Source: Bacteroidales bacterium (GTDB taxonomy: Bacteria; Bacteroidota; Bacteroidia; Bacteroidales; F082). From it: a stretch of DNA of 64,000 nucleotides. Below are positions 1-8,082 of the stretch, one piece after another (position 1 is the first letter of the stretch; each line of letters opens with the position of its first letter). The DNA is taken from positions 1,996 to 65,995 of the forward strand of contig JALNZT010000006.1 in the NCBI GenBank assembly GCA_023229135.1. Reading direction: 5' to 3'. Under the pieces are notes generated by a model. It did not search any database. It had not been told where the DNA came from and saw only the letters and a list, made by a program, of their open reading frames with translations. The translations under genes and the position numbers were made by a program.

Positions 1-1034
1 TGAGTGGCTTCGCCAACTGTGCCGTTTAGCATCACAGGGGTTACAGGCGACTCGGTATCTCCCAGGTTTAGGCCTGCTTTTTTTAATCCTTGCTGTAATG
101 CATTTACGATTGTCCAAAGTTTTTCGCGCAGTTCAGGCTGCGTACGAATCAGGTCAAGGCGCTTTAACGCACCAATAACCATTGGCATAGGCAGCGATTT
201 TGCAAAAATCTGCGAACGCATATTGTACATCAGGTATTTTATCACGTGATGATCACCGGCAATAAAAGCACCAATTCCGGCCATGGATTTGGCAAAGGTG
301 CCAAAATAAAGATCAACTTCTTTCTGAACGCCGAAATGCTCATCAGTGCCGGCGCCGGTAGCTCCCATCGTTCCGAAGCCATGAGCATCGTCAACCAGCA
401 ACCTGAAATTAAATTTTGATTTTAGAGCAACAATTTCTTTCAGTTTGCCTAAATCGCCCGACATGCCATAAACGCCTTCGGTAATAACCAAAATGCCGCC
501 ACCACTTATCTCCGTCAGTCGTTGAGCGCGTTTTAGCTGGGTTTCCAGGTTTTCGATATTGTTGTGCGGATACACAAAGCGTTTTCCAAAATGTAAGCGC
601 ATTCCATCAATAATGCAGGCATGTGCTTCTGAGTCGTAAACAATGACATCACGGCGGTCAACGATTGAATTAATCACCGAAACCATGCCTTGATAACCAT
701 AGTTGAGCAGGTAAGCCGATTCGCGTTTCACGAAAGCTGCCAGCTCTCTTTCAAGTTGTTCGTGATAGTTCGTCTGACCCGACATCATCCTGGCACCCAT
801 TGGGTAAGCCATGCCATACTCTGCAGCACCTTCGGTATCTGCTTTGCGTACTTCCGGGTGATTTGCCAGCCCGAGGTAGTTATTCAAACTCCAGATTAGC
901 CTTTCTTTGCCCCTAAATATCATTTTATTGCTGATGTCGCCTTCCAGTTTTGGAAACATGAAATAACCTTCTGCCTGATCGGCATATTGGCCTAAAGGGC
1001 CTAAATTAACTGAACATTTATCAAATACATCCAC
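1..1034 (-). CDS. PLP-dependent alpha-oxoamine synthase family protein (8-amino-7-oxononanoate synthase / 2-amino-3-ketobutyrate CoA ligase-like); C-terminus outside window
   Basis: Absent from the ORF track because it runs off the left edge. My reverse-strand translation from GTG at 1034 reads VDVFDKCSVNLGPLGQYADQAEGYFMFPKLEG..WSLNNYLGLANHPEV..LLVDDAHGFG..GTFAKSMAGIG, which includes the PLP-lysine region of this family. An in-frame TAA lies just upstream of the GTG. Confidence 0.8.
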   Translation of the reverse strand, partial: MDVFDKCSVNLGPLGQYADQAEGYFMFPKLEGDISNKMIFRGKERLIWSLNNYLGLANHPEVRKADTEGAAEYGMAYPMGARMMSGQTNYHEQLERELAAFVKRESAYLLNYGYQGMVSVINSIVDRRDVIVYDSEAHACIIDGMRLHFGKRFVYPHNNIENLETQLKRAQRLTEISGGGILVITEGVYGMSGDLGKLKEIVALKSKFNFRLLVDDAHGFGTMGATGAGTDEHFGVQKEVDLYFGTFAKSMAGIGAFIAGDHHVIKYLMYNMRSQIFAKSLPMPMVIGALKRLDLIRTQPELREKLWTIVNALQQGLKKAGLNLGDTESPVTPVMLNGTVGEAT

Positions 1035-1320
1035 TTCTGTAAAGTTTTAGTTTTAGCCTGCAAAGGTAGTAAATATACTGATTTCAAAGGCCTGCTTTAA
1101 TTGCTTCACAGGATACTTTTTTTTGGGACAGTCAGGCTGCCTCATTTTATTTTCTTTAACATTATTTTACTCCTTTCGATGTACTAAACAAAATGATTAT
1201 ACGTTAGATAGACTGATTTTTTATAGATAGTGCCAAACAGCTAAACAATAGGCAAATGACAATAAAAACTCAAAATAAAAATCCTTATTTTTCGATGCTA
1301 ATTTTATGTAATTTTGCCCC

Positions 1321-2121
1321 ATGATAAAAAAACTGCTTTTTTTGGTAGGCATAATAGGCTTGACAAGCCTGTATTCATGCGGTAAATATCAAAAACTTAT
1401 CAAAAGTACGGACAATGAAGCCAAGTATGAGGCAGCGATTGATCTTTTCGAACGGAAAGATTACAGCCGTGCCTTAGAGCTTTTCGACCTATTGCAGGCA
1501 GCATATCGGGGCACAGCAAAAGGCGAAGACATTAGCTATTACACAGCCTATTGCTACTATCATATGCGTGATTATACCGTTGCCAGCTACTACTTTAAAA
1601 GATATGTGCAGTCGTATCCACAATATGCCAGGGCAGAGGAGTGCTTATATATGAATGCTTACTGCTACTATCTAGATTCGCCCCGAGCAAGCCTCGATCA
1701 ATCGAATACTTACCTCGCAATAAGTGAGTTACAGCTGTTTGCAGATACCTATCCAAACAGTGAAAGGGTGGCTGAAGCCAATCAGTTAATTGATGACCTA
1801 AGAGAAAAGTTGGAGCTTAAAGCATACAATATCAGTGTAATGTACTATCGCATGCGCGATTATATGGCAGCAATAACTTCTTTTGAAAACCTCATGAAAA
1901 ACTATCCCGACACGGATCGTAAAGAAGAAATTTTGTATTATATGTCGCTAGCTTACTATGAATTTGCAGAAAATAGCGTGCTGGAAAAGAAAAAGGAACG
2001 CTATGAGGCAGCGGTAGAAACCTATAATAATCTTTTGTATTTATTCCCTGAAAGCGAGCACCTGATTGACCTTGCTCAATTGGATGCAAAAGCCAGAAAA
2101 CGTTTAGAATCGTATCAATAA
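1321..2121 (+). CDS. bamD: outer membrane protein assembly factor BamD (TPR lipoprotein)
   Basis: 266-aa ORF with lipoprotein signal LFLVGIIGLTSLYSC and TPR-like repeats (YEAAIDLFERKDYSRALELF). It sits in the bamD-rpoZ-coaBC neighbourhood typical of Bacteroidota. Confidence 0.8.
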   Translation: MIKKLLFLVGIIGLTSLYSCGKYQKLIKSTDNEAKYEAAIDLFERKDYSRALELFDLLQAAYRGTAKGEDISYYTAYCYYHMRDYTVASYYFKRYVQSYPQYARAEECLYMNAYCYYLDSPRASLDQSNTYLAISELQLFADTYPNSERVAEANQLIDDLREKLELKAYNISVMYYRMRDYMAAITSFENLMKNYPDTDRKEEILYYMSLAYYEFAENSVLEKKKERYEAAVETYNNLLYLFPESEHLIDLAQLDAKARKRLESYQ

Positions 2122-2128
2122 TAATTTT

Positions 2129-2461
2129 ATGGACTTTAAGAAGATCAAAACAGAAACTACTGCTGTTACACGGCAGAAAGACCAGTTTTACGAAGGAACT
2201 GGAAATATTTACGAAACAGTTGCTATTCTTGCCAAGCGAGCCAACCAGATTTCGGCAGACCTGAAAGAAGAACTCAATAATAAGATTGCGGAATTCGCCT
2301 CTTCATCCGATAACCTGGAAGAAGTGTTTGAAAACCGGGAGCAAATTGAAATTGCTAAATTTTATGAACGCCTGCCTAAACCTACGCTCATTGCTGTGCA
2401 TGAATTTTTGCACAACGAAATCTATCACCGCAACCCACACAAAGAAAGTAGCGACTTTTAA
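2129..2461 (+). CDS. rpoZ: DNA-directed RNA polymerase subunit omega (long Bacteroidota form)
   Basis: 110-aa ORF. The segment NIYETVAILAKRANQI resembles the omega core helix (NRFDLVLVAARRARQM in E. coli). Its position between bamD and coaBC also fits. Confidence 0.65.
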   Translation: MDFKKIKTETTAVTRQKDQFYEGTGNIYETVAILAKRANQISADLKEELNNKIAEFASSSDNLEEVFENREQIEIAKFYERLPKPTLIAVHEFLHNEIYHRNPHKESSDF

Positions 2462-2472
2462 TCTATTTTTGC

Positions 2473-3687
2473 ATGCTGAAAGGTAAAAAAATTCTTATCG
2501 GAATTACTGGAAGCATTGCAGCTTATAAAATTCCGCTGCTGGTACGCTTGCTGGTGAAACAACAAGCTGAGGTGCAAATTGTTATGACGCCTTCAGCCCA
2601 TGATTTCGTTACGGCACTCACCTTATCAACGCTTAGCAAACGTCCCGTTTTATCCAAAGCTTTTGACCCCGAAACCGGCCAATGGGACAGCCATGTGGAG
2701 CTGGGATTGTGGGCCGATTTGATGCTTATTGCTCCAGCTTCTGCCAATACCTTGGCGAAAATGACACAGGGTTTGGCGGATAATTATTTGCTTACCGTTT
2801 ATTTGTCAGCACGTTGTCCTGTATTTTTTGCACCGGCCATGGATCTCGATATGTATAAACATCCGGCAACACAGCAAAATGTAAAATCCCTTGTGCAACG
2901 CGGTTACCAGCTTATTGCACCTTCTTCGGGAGAGTTGGCAAGCGGCTTGTGCGGCGAAGGCAGGATGGAAGAGCCGGAACAGATTTTTGAAAGAATCAGA
3001 TCGTATTTTGCTAAAGGACAGCGGTTTAAAGATAAAAAGGTGTTGGTTAGTGCCGGTCCTACTTACGAAGCCATCGATCCGGTGCGTTTTGTAGGCAATT
3101 ATAGCAGTGGCCGCATGGGCGTTGAGATTGCCAAAGCTTTTGCTGCCCAAGGTGCTTCCGTTACCTTGGTTTTAGGTCCGGTAAGTATCGTGCTCGATTT
3201 GTCAGGGGAAATTGATGTGATTCCCGTTACTACAGCACAAGAAATGTTTGATGGCTGCATGGCGTTTTTCGCACAGGCGGATATTGCTGTTATGACCGCT
3301 GCCGTTGCGGATTACAGGCCTGAAGAAGTGTCAGAAACAAAAATTAAAAAGCAGGCAGACGACCTCACTATAAAACTGGTTAAGAACAAAGATATTTTAG
3401 CTACAATGGGTAGTCAAAAGCGTGAGGATCAGTTTTTAGTTGGTTTTGCGCTGGAGACAGACAATGAAATTGAAAACGCGAAAAAGAAACTACATACCAA
3501 AAAGCTGGATTTGATCGTTCTTAACTCACTGTCGGATGCCGGAGCAGGTTTCGGTCATCATACCAATAAGGTTAGCTTTATTGATAAATCAGGTGAAACA
3601 AAGCCTTACAGCTTGAAATCAAAAACTGAAGTAGCTGAGGATTTGACGGATACTGTTTTTGCGAAAACTAAGAATGTAAATAATTGA
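2473..3687 (+). CDS. coaBC: bifunctional phosphopantothenoylcysteine decarboxylase / phosphopantothenate-cysteine ligase
   Basis: 404-aa ORF with the N-terminal flavoprotein motif KKILIGITGSIAAYK and a C-terminal ligase half (VSAGPTYEAIDPVRFVGNYSSGRMG). Confidence 0.92.
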   Translation: MLKGKKILIGITGSIAAYKIPLLVRLLVKQQAEVQIVMTPSAHDFVTALTLSTLSKRPVLSKAFDPETGQWDSHVELGLWADLMLIAPASANTLAKMTQGLADNYLLTVYLSARCPVFFAPAMDLDMYKHPATQQNVKSLVQRGYQLIAPSSGELASGLCGEGRMEEPEQIFERIRSYFAKGQRFKDKKVLVSAGPTYEAIDPVRFVGNYSSGRMGVEIAKAFAAQGASVTLVLGPVSIVLDLSGEIDVIPVTTAQEMFDGCMAFFAQADIAVMTAAVADYRPEEVSETKIKKQADDLTIKLVKNKDILATMGSQKREDQFLVGFALETDNEIENAKKKLHTKKLDLIVLNSLSDAGAGFGHHTNKVSFIDKSGETKPYSLKSKTEVAEDLTDTVFAKTKNVNN

Positions 3688-3716
3688 GATTAAGCGCCAC
3701 TAAGCTAAAACTATTT

Positions 3717-4622
3717 ATGTCGAAAAAAGTATTATTGTTTATTTTCAGTTTATTGCTGCTTTTGCCTGCAGCTAAATCTCAGGAATTTTTGGCAGACATC
3801 CGCGTAACCACGCCAACTATTGAAGGGACAGACAAACGTGTTTTCGAGGCTTTGCAATCGGCTTTATATGATTTTGTGAATAACCGGAAATGGACCAATA
3901 TCAATTTTAAAAATCAGGAACGCATTGAGTGTTCTATATTGATAACCATTAAGGAACGCGTTTCGTCTGATGAGTTTAAAGGCACAATAAATTTGGTGCT
4001 GAGGCGTCCGGCTTTTAAATCATCCTACAATAGTGTGTTGCTAAACTATATTGACGAGAATTTCCAGTTTCGCTATATTGAGTCGCAACCGCTTGATTTT
4101 ATTGAGAATACCTATAGCTCAAGCCTTACCTCAACGGTAGCTTTTTACCTTTATTATTTTTTAGGACTAGATTTTGATAGCTATTCGCTTTACGGTGGCG
4201 ATCCCTTTTACCGGGTAGCCGAAGCCATTGTTAACTCAGCACAAAACGCCCAGGAAAGAGGCTGGAAAGCCTTTGACGGAAACAGAAATCGCTATTGGCT
4301 GGTAGAAAATATGACCAATCCCGCTTATCGTCCTCTCCGTCAATTTTCTTATGAATATCACCGACTTGGTTTAGATATCATGTCAGAAAAACCTGACGAA
4401 GGCCGCGCTGCCATTGGCCAAAGTCTCACTTACTTGCAGCAAACCTGGAAAGATCGGCCAAACCTGCTGACTCTACAACTGATTTTTGATGCTAAACGTG
4501 ACGAAATCATCAATGTTTTCTCTCAGGGAAGCCCGCAGGAAAAAACCAAAGCGGTAAATATCATGCGTGAAGTTGACCCGTCTAATGCTTCTAAGTATGA
4601 GAAGATTTTGGCACCGAATTGA
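3717..4622 (+). CDS. DUF4835-like secreted protein; its 3' end is the insertion hotspot
   Basis: The track ORF starts at TTG 3684, overlapping the coaBC stop. ATG 3717 gives the signal peptide MSKKVLLFIFSLLLLLPAAKSQ. The family name is recalled from the conserved coaBC-DUF4835-recN neighbourhood and has not been verified by search. Confidence 0.65.
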   Translation: MSKKVLLFIFSLLLLLPAAKSQEFLADIRVTTPTIEGTDKRVFEALQSALYDFVNNRKWTNINFKNQERIECSILITIKERVSSDEFKGTINLVLRRPAFKSSYNSVLLNYIDENFQFRYIESQPLDFIENTYSSSLTSTVAFYLYYFLGLDFDSYSLYGGDPFYRVAEAIVNSAQNAQERGWKAFDGNRNRYWLVENMTNPAYRPLRQFSYEYHRLGLDIMSEKPDEGRAAIGQSLTYLQQTWKDRPNLLTLQLIFDAKRDEIINVFSQGSPQEKTKAVNIMREVDPSNASKYEKILAPN

Positions 4623-4764
4623 TGCTGGTTATTAGCAGGAATAATCTGTTGTGGTGTTGTTCGTAATGCTTTTGAATTTAATTTACGAAAATTAAAGCAT
4701 GAAAACTTGTATTTTTTTCATTGCAGAGAGTGTTAGTGAAAATCAATAATAACCAAAATCCATA

Positions 4765-6561
4765 CTAGAGTTTTGAAACCCCAAGGTAAACGGTCTCATC
4801 GTTCCTCATGATGCTAAAAATCATGATTTCACCTGAATCATTTCGGCTAATACTATAAGGTGTTGTCTTGAGAGTATTATAGGTCTCAGGAAAAACTTTT
4901 ATTAATTTGGTGTTGCTTGTTCCAACAGTTGTTTGAGAAATATAAAAATAGCTTCCATCAAAAATAATACTATAGACCAAATCATCTTTTACTATGAAAT
5001 CTATGACTTTCTTGTTCAATACTGATCCTAATTCCGTAAAATACTCAAGAGATATTTCTTGTAATTTAACTGAATCTTCAGGTGTACTCCAAGCTTCAAA
5101 AATCGTTGTTACCCGACTATTCCGCTCCATTTGTGAAGATAAGGTATATAGCTGTCCAATATAACTGTCCATCAAATAGAAATTACTATCTACACCTTTT
5201 TTTATTATTGGTTTAAAAAATGAATAACCGGTTTTGTGCTGTTTGTGCCAAACGGGGAGTGATCCTACTGTTGAAACAAAGTTACCACTGAGGTCGAACA
5301 TATTCAATGCCGGAGTTTGTTGATAAAAATTTTCATTAAACGGATTATCGCTTTCACTCTCAGGAGTATCACCTGTGCCTGTTATGGGCCATCCTGTTTT
5401 CACTGGCAAGTATATTGAATTCTCAATAACGAAAAAATTCGTGTGACTAAACCCTTTAATCTTATTTATGGCCTCTTCTTCAAAAGTCACTTTACTCCAT
5501 TCGCCATTATTATGATCAGTATCTATTTTTCGATGAAAGATTACGGGTTTGTTCTTATAACCTATGCTTTCGTTTTCTCTATCTTCATAAAATAAATGAG
5601 GTAAGGATGCTGTACAAAAGACACTTCCACTGCTCATTATTGATTTAAGAAACATGGTATGCAAAACATTGGTAGCTTTCAGGTAATCCACAAGCATTGA
5701 AGGTATATCATCTTCAATAAACAATCTGTCGTTGAAAGAAGAGTCAGGTGTGCTGGCATTAACTTTAAAAACTGAATCTTTCAATATGTAATGGATTGAT
5801 TTATCAGTGAGGTGATCGTCAATTGTAATATGTTGCATATCATCAGAAATGGAAAAGTTCATTATATCAGACAAAATGAATTCGGATTGGTCAATGAGGT
5901 ATTGCTTATAGTTAAGCATAAACTCAGGCTCATATTTAATATTTGGATAATCTTTAAAGGATGCTGAGAATTGAAGCGCAGTACTTTTTTCTTTCAAGAT
6001 TGGCTTATCGGATTTATCGTCTATTATAAAACTGCTGTCTGATTGTTGAGGTTTTTCAAAAGCCTGAAAATAGGATTCAGCAATTTCCTCCTTGTATTGG
6101 AGGCCAAGTAAAGCATCAGATTTTAATAAAACACCCCTTTTGGTGTCAAACTTCATTATGTATGGAACCTGAACTCCACTTGTAGAAAACTTGAAATTGT
6201 CAAATAATTCATCATTGGGTTCAATTACAACAATCCTTGAAGCACCGTAATTCTTCTTTTTAAGGTAGTCTAATGCAGCAAGTTGGTATGGGTAAACAAC
6301 TATTAGTAAGGTTTCCTCATCATTAATTATACGGGATATATCTTTAAAAAATGGAGCTATTGCCCCTTCGCATCTCGGGCAGTTGCCAAGAGGGAGAAGA
6401 ACAGCATACAAATCACCTGCGGGAATATCGCGCTTACTAAACCAATCGCTCAACTTTGGCTCTGTTTCATTAAGCTGTTCCACTTGATGTAGGGCTTGCT
6501 GCTGTGCAAAAGCTTGGATGACAATTAATGACATGACTAAAAAAGAAGTTGTTGTTTTCAT
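4765..6561 (-). CDS. secreted protein with an N-terminal thioredoxin-fold-like CPRC domain and a large C-terminal domain of unknown function
   Basis: 598-aa ORF with signal peptide MKTTTSFLVMSLIVIQAFAQQ. It has a CxxC motif (LPLGNCPRCEGAI) and a later VPYIMKFD segment resembling the cis-Pro loop of TlpA/ResA-type redoxins. I recognise nothing in the C-terminal roughly 400 aa. Confidence 0.55.
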   Translation of the reverse strand: MKTTTSFLVMSLIVIQAFAQQQALHQVEQLNETEPKLSDWFSKRDIPAGDLYAVLLPLGNCPRCEGAIAPFFKDISRIINDEETLLIVVYPYQLAALDYLKKKNYGASRIVVIEPNDELFDNFKFSTSGVQVPYIMKFDTKRGVLLKSDALLGLQYKEEIAESYFQAFEKPQQSDSSFIIDDKSDKPILKEKSTALQFSASFKDYPNIKYEPEFMLNYKQYLIDQSEFILSDIMNFSISDDMQHITIDDHLTDKSIHYILKDSVFKVNASTPDSSFNDRLFIEDDIPSMLVDYLKATNVLHTMFLKSIMSSGSVFCTASLPHLFYEDRENESIGYKNKPVIFHRKIDTDHNNGEWSKVTFEEEAINKIKGFSHTNFFVIENSIYLPVKTGWPITGTGDTPESESDNPFNENFYQQTPALNMFDLSGNFVSTVGSLPVWHKQHKTGYSFFKPIIKKGVDSNFYLMDSYIGQLYTLSSQMERNSRVTTIFEAWSTPEDSVKLQEISLEYFTELGSVLNKKVIDFIVKDDLVYSIIFDGSYFYISQTTVGTSNTKLIKVFPETYNTLKTTPYSISRNDSGEIMIFSIMRNDETVYLGVSKL

Positions 6562-6598
6562 TTTATTTATTATTTAGTTAGACAAGTAATACTAAATC

Positions 6599-6640
6599 AA
6601 GGTTGCTGTGCTACTTTATTGTCAGAAGCACAGCAACCTT
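6599..6640 (-). terminator. perfect 14-bp stem hairpin between the small-protein genes and the 598-aa gene
   Basis: aaggttgctgtgct (6599-6612) pairs with agcacagcaacctt (6627-6640). On the minus strand it is followed by gatttagtatt. Confidence 0.5.
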
Positions 6641-6647
6641 GTACCGC

Positions 6648-7028
6648 CTATTTGAAATTAATGCGATCACCAAGTATAAACTCAGGCGCGTGGCTTTCAT
6701 TGAGGTTCGTAAGGTCTATTTCACTCACTTGTAATAATTTAGCCATGGTTTCATTGCCATCAGCATCGTAAAACGTGACTGAAACGAAAGGAGGTTCATT
6801 ACCATCACTATTCGTAATGTAATCCCATATCTCTTGCCAGGAAACAGAAATAGAAGCACATTTATTAAATGCAAAGCCAGGGCATATTTTAATGTTGCCA
6901 TTATTGATTTCAGCGCCTGCCTTGCCGTAAATAGGAACTTCTACACCGTAAGAATAATTCGTTGCAAATGCGAATAAGCATATCAAGAGATATTTTGTCA
7001 TTGTTGATGAGACGAATTTTTTCATCAT
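6648..7028 (-). CDS. small secreted Cys-containing protein, paralogue of 7025-7357
   Basis: 126-aa ORF with a signal-like N-terminus (LLICLFAFATNYSYG). It shares YGK[GA]G..IKICP..C[AS] motifs with its neighbour. Its start overlaps the upstream stop (ATGATGA). Confidence 0.7.
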   Translation of the reverse strand: MMKKFVSSTMTKYLLICLFAFATNYSYGVEVPIYGKAGAEINNGNIKICPGFAFNKCASISVSWQEIWDYITNSDGNEPPFVSVTFYDADGNETMAKLLQVSEIDLTNLNESHAPEFILGDRINFK

Positions 7029-7357
7029 TCAATTAGTTTAATTTTAATAGATTCACCTTGAACACCACCTTCAGGACTTATTTCAGGCAGCATAAAGACT
7101 CCAATATCATCTTTGCTAATCACAATGATGTTGCCATCAACTCCATTTATTTTTAAGTCATCGATGTCAATTGTTAAGGTCGCGCATAGCGCAGAACTAG
7201 CTTCAGGGCAAATTTTAATAGTAGTGCCTCCACTGCCATGGTCTCCAGACACACCGCCCTTTCCATATACCTTTAGTTCCGCAGCTTCGGTTGATTGAGT
7301 AAAAAGAAATGCTAAAGCTGTAAATGCTATAACAGTTAAACTTTTAAACGTTTTCAT
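7025..7357 (-). CDS. small secreted Cys-containing protein, paralogue of 6648-7028
   Basis: The track ORF 7025-7429 has an implausible N-terminal extension into the leader hairpin. The internal ATG at 7357 gives MKTFKSLTVIAFTALAFLFTQSTEA followed by AELKVYGKGG..IKICPEASSALCA. Confidence 0.7.
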   Translation of the reverse strand: MKTFKSLTVIAFTALAFLFTQSTEAAELKVYGKGGVSGDHGSGGTTIKICPEASSALCATLTIDIDDLKINGVDGNIIVISKDDIGVFMLPEISPEGGVQGESIKIKLIE

Positions 7358-7448
7358 TTTTTTTAAGTTTAGTGGTTTGTAAATATGGTAAGTAACGAAG
7401 AACGCCATCTCAATAAAATATAACATCATTGAGACGGCCCACCTCGGC

Positions 7449-7999
7449 CGAACTTATTCTTCCCCAGCCAAAAGATGTATTTAGTTGTGCAATATGGCAC
7501 AAATTGTCTATCAAATAAAAGTGTGTAGTAAAGCTCATGACAACAAGCTACATCAAAGGATACTAACCGGGCTAAACCACCATGCCTTGCTTTTGCGGGG
7601 GGGGGTAAAGCCATATTGTTCAGGATACCAGAGCGAACTTATCAGCTGCCTACGCTTTAAAGCACACAACTTAAAGATTGCGGTTAGAAAAGACCTAAAA
7701 AAACGGATAGTTTTCATAAGCTGGTTTTGAGGCTTCAAGTATAAGTACAATAAACATAAAGCACAACTTTTTTTTTGCGATTTTGCAATAAAAAAAACAA
7801 ATATTTTTTATGTTACTGAAATTCAATTGAATAAAACTGTTTTTTAAGCTTGATAAATTCTAAAAGGTGGCTGAGAGAGCTTATATTAACTAAATGCGCT
7901 GGAAAAAATGGGAGCAAAACTCAAGCTCTATAACTGATTATCAATGCCAATAGAGACGGATTTAGGGAGGCACGGATTGCAAATCCGCGCCAGCGGGTG
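7449..7999 (-). repeat. promoter/leader module copy A (heads cassette A)
   Basis: It aligns by eye along its whole length with 17736-18270, 24793-25358 and 26807-27299. It contains a G9 run at 7597-7605. Confidence 0.9.
7736..7766 (-). promoter_or_regulatory. Bacteroidota-type promoter in module A (TTG-20 nt-TATACTTG)
   Basis: The minus strand reads agTTGtgctttatgtttattgtactTATACTTGaagcc. This is one mismatch from the TAnnTTTG -7 consensus, and copies D and E match it perfectly. Confidence 0.45.
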
Positions 8000-8065
8000 A
8001 ATATTATGCGTGAGGTTGATCCGGCTAATGCTTCTAAGTATGAGAAGATTTTGGTGCCGAGGTAA
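8000..8065 (+). pseudogene. displaced 3'-end fragment of the DUF4835 gene
   Basis: aatattatgcgtgaggttgatccggctaatgcttctaagtatgagaagattttggtgccgaggtaa is colinear with 4557-4622. It encodes NIMREVDPANASKYEKILVPR* versus NIMREVDPSNASKYEKILAPN* in the gene. Confidence 0.85.
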
Positions 8066-8082
8066 TAGTTTTTTATTCAATC

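Larger units (their letters stand above)
4557..7999. mobile_element. putative integrated cassette A, bounded by the imperfect direct repeat 4557-4622 / 8000-8065 (DUF4835 3' end); no recombinase gene inside
   Basis: The last 66 nt of the DUF4835 gene recur at 8000-8065, including the stop codon. This is the pattern expected for an element that inserts into a gene's 3' end and supplies a replacement end. Confidence 0.4.

Noticed and set aside
7449-7735. Attempt to match the shared leader to known riboswitch or leader classes (c-di-GMP-I GCAAAGC-like segment near the C-tract, cobalamin, SAM, fluoride, T-box)
   Set aside because: Only short chance-level resemblances were seen and no class-defining core could be assembled by eye. 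An Rfam covariance-model search is needed to decide.
7426-7750. 60-86-aa ORFs inside the leader modules (e.g. 7553-7750, 17875-18099, 24911-25159, 26912-27172, with conserved MKTIRFFRSFL...)
   Set aside because: Their frames are broken differently in each copy by the variable G/C tract. Substitutions between copies are not biased to synonymous sites, and the sequences are low-complexity. Conservation is at the DNA/RNA level.
7968-7997. tRNA-Cys-like anticodon arm (cggaTTGCAAAtccg, similar to E. coli tRNA-Cys gcggattgcaaatccgtc) present in leader modules A, B and D
   Set aside because: No D-arm, T-arm (GGTTCGAnnCC-like) or acceptor stem can be built on either strand. I treat it as an inverted repeat at a recombination boundary, not a tRNA gene or fragment.
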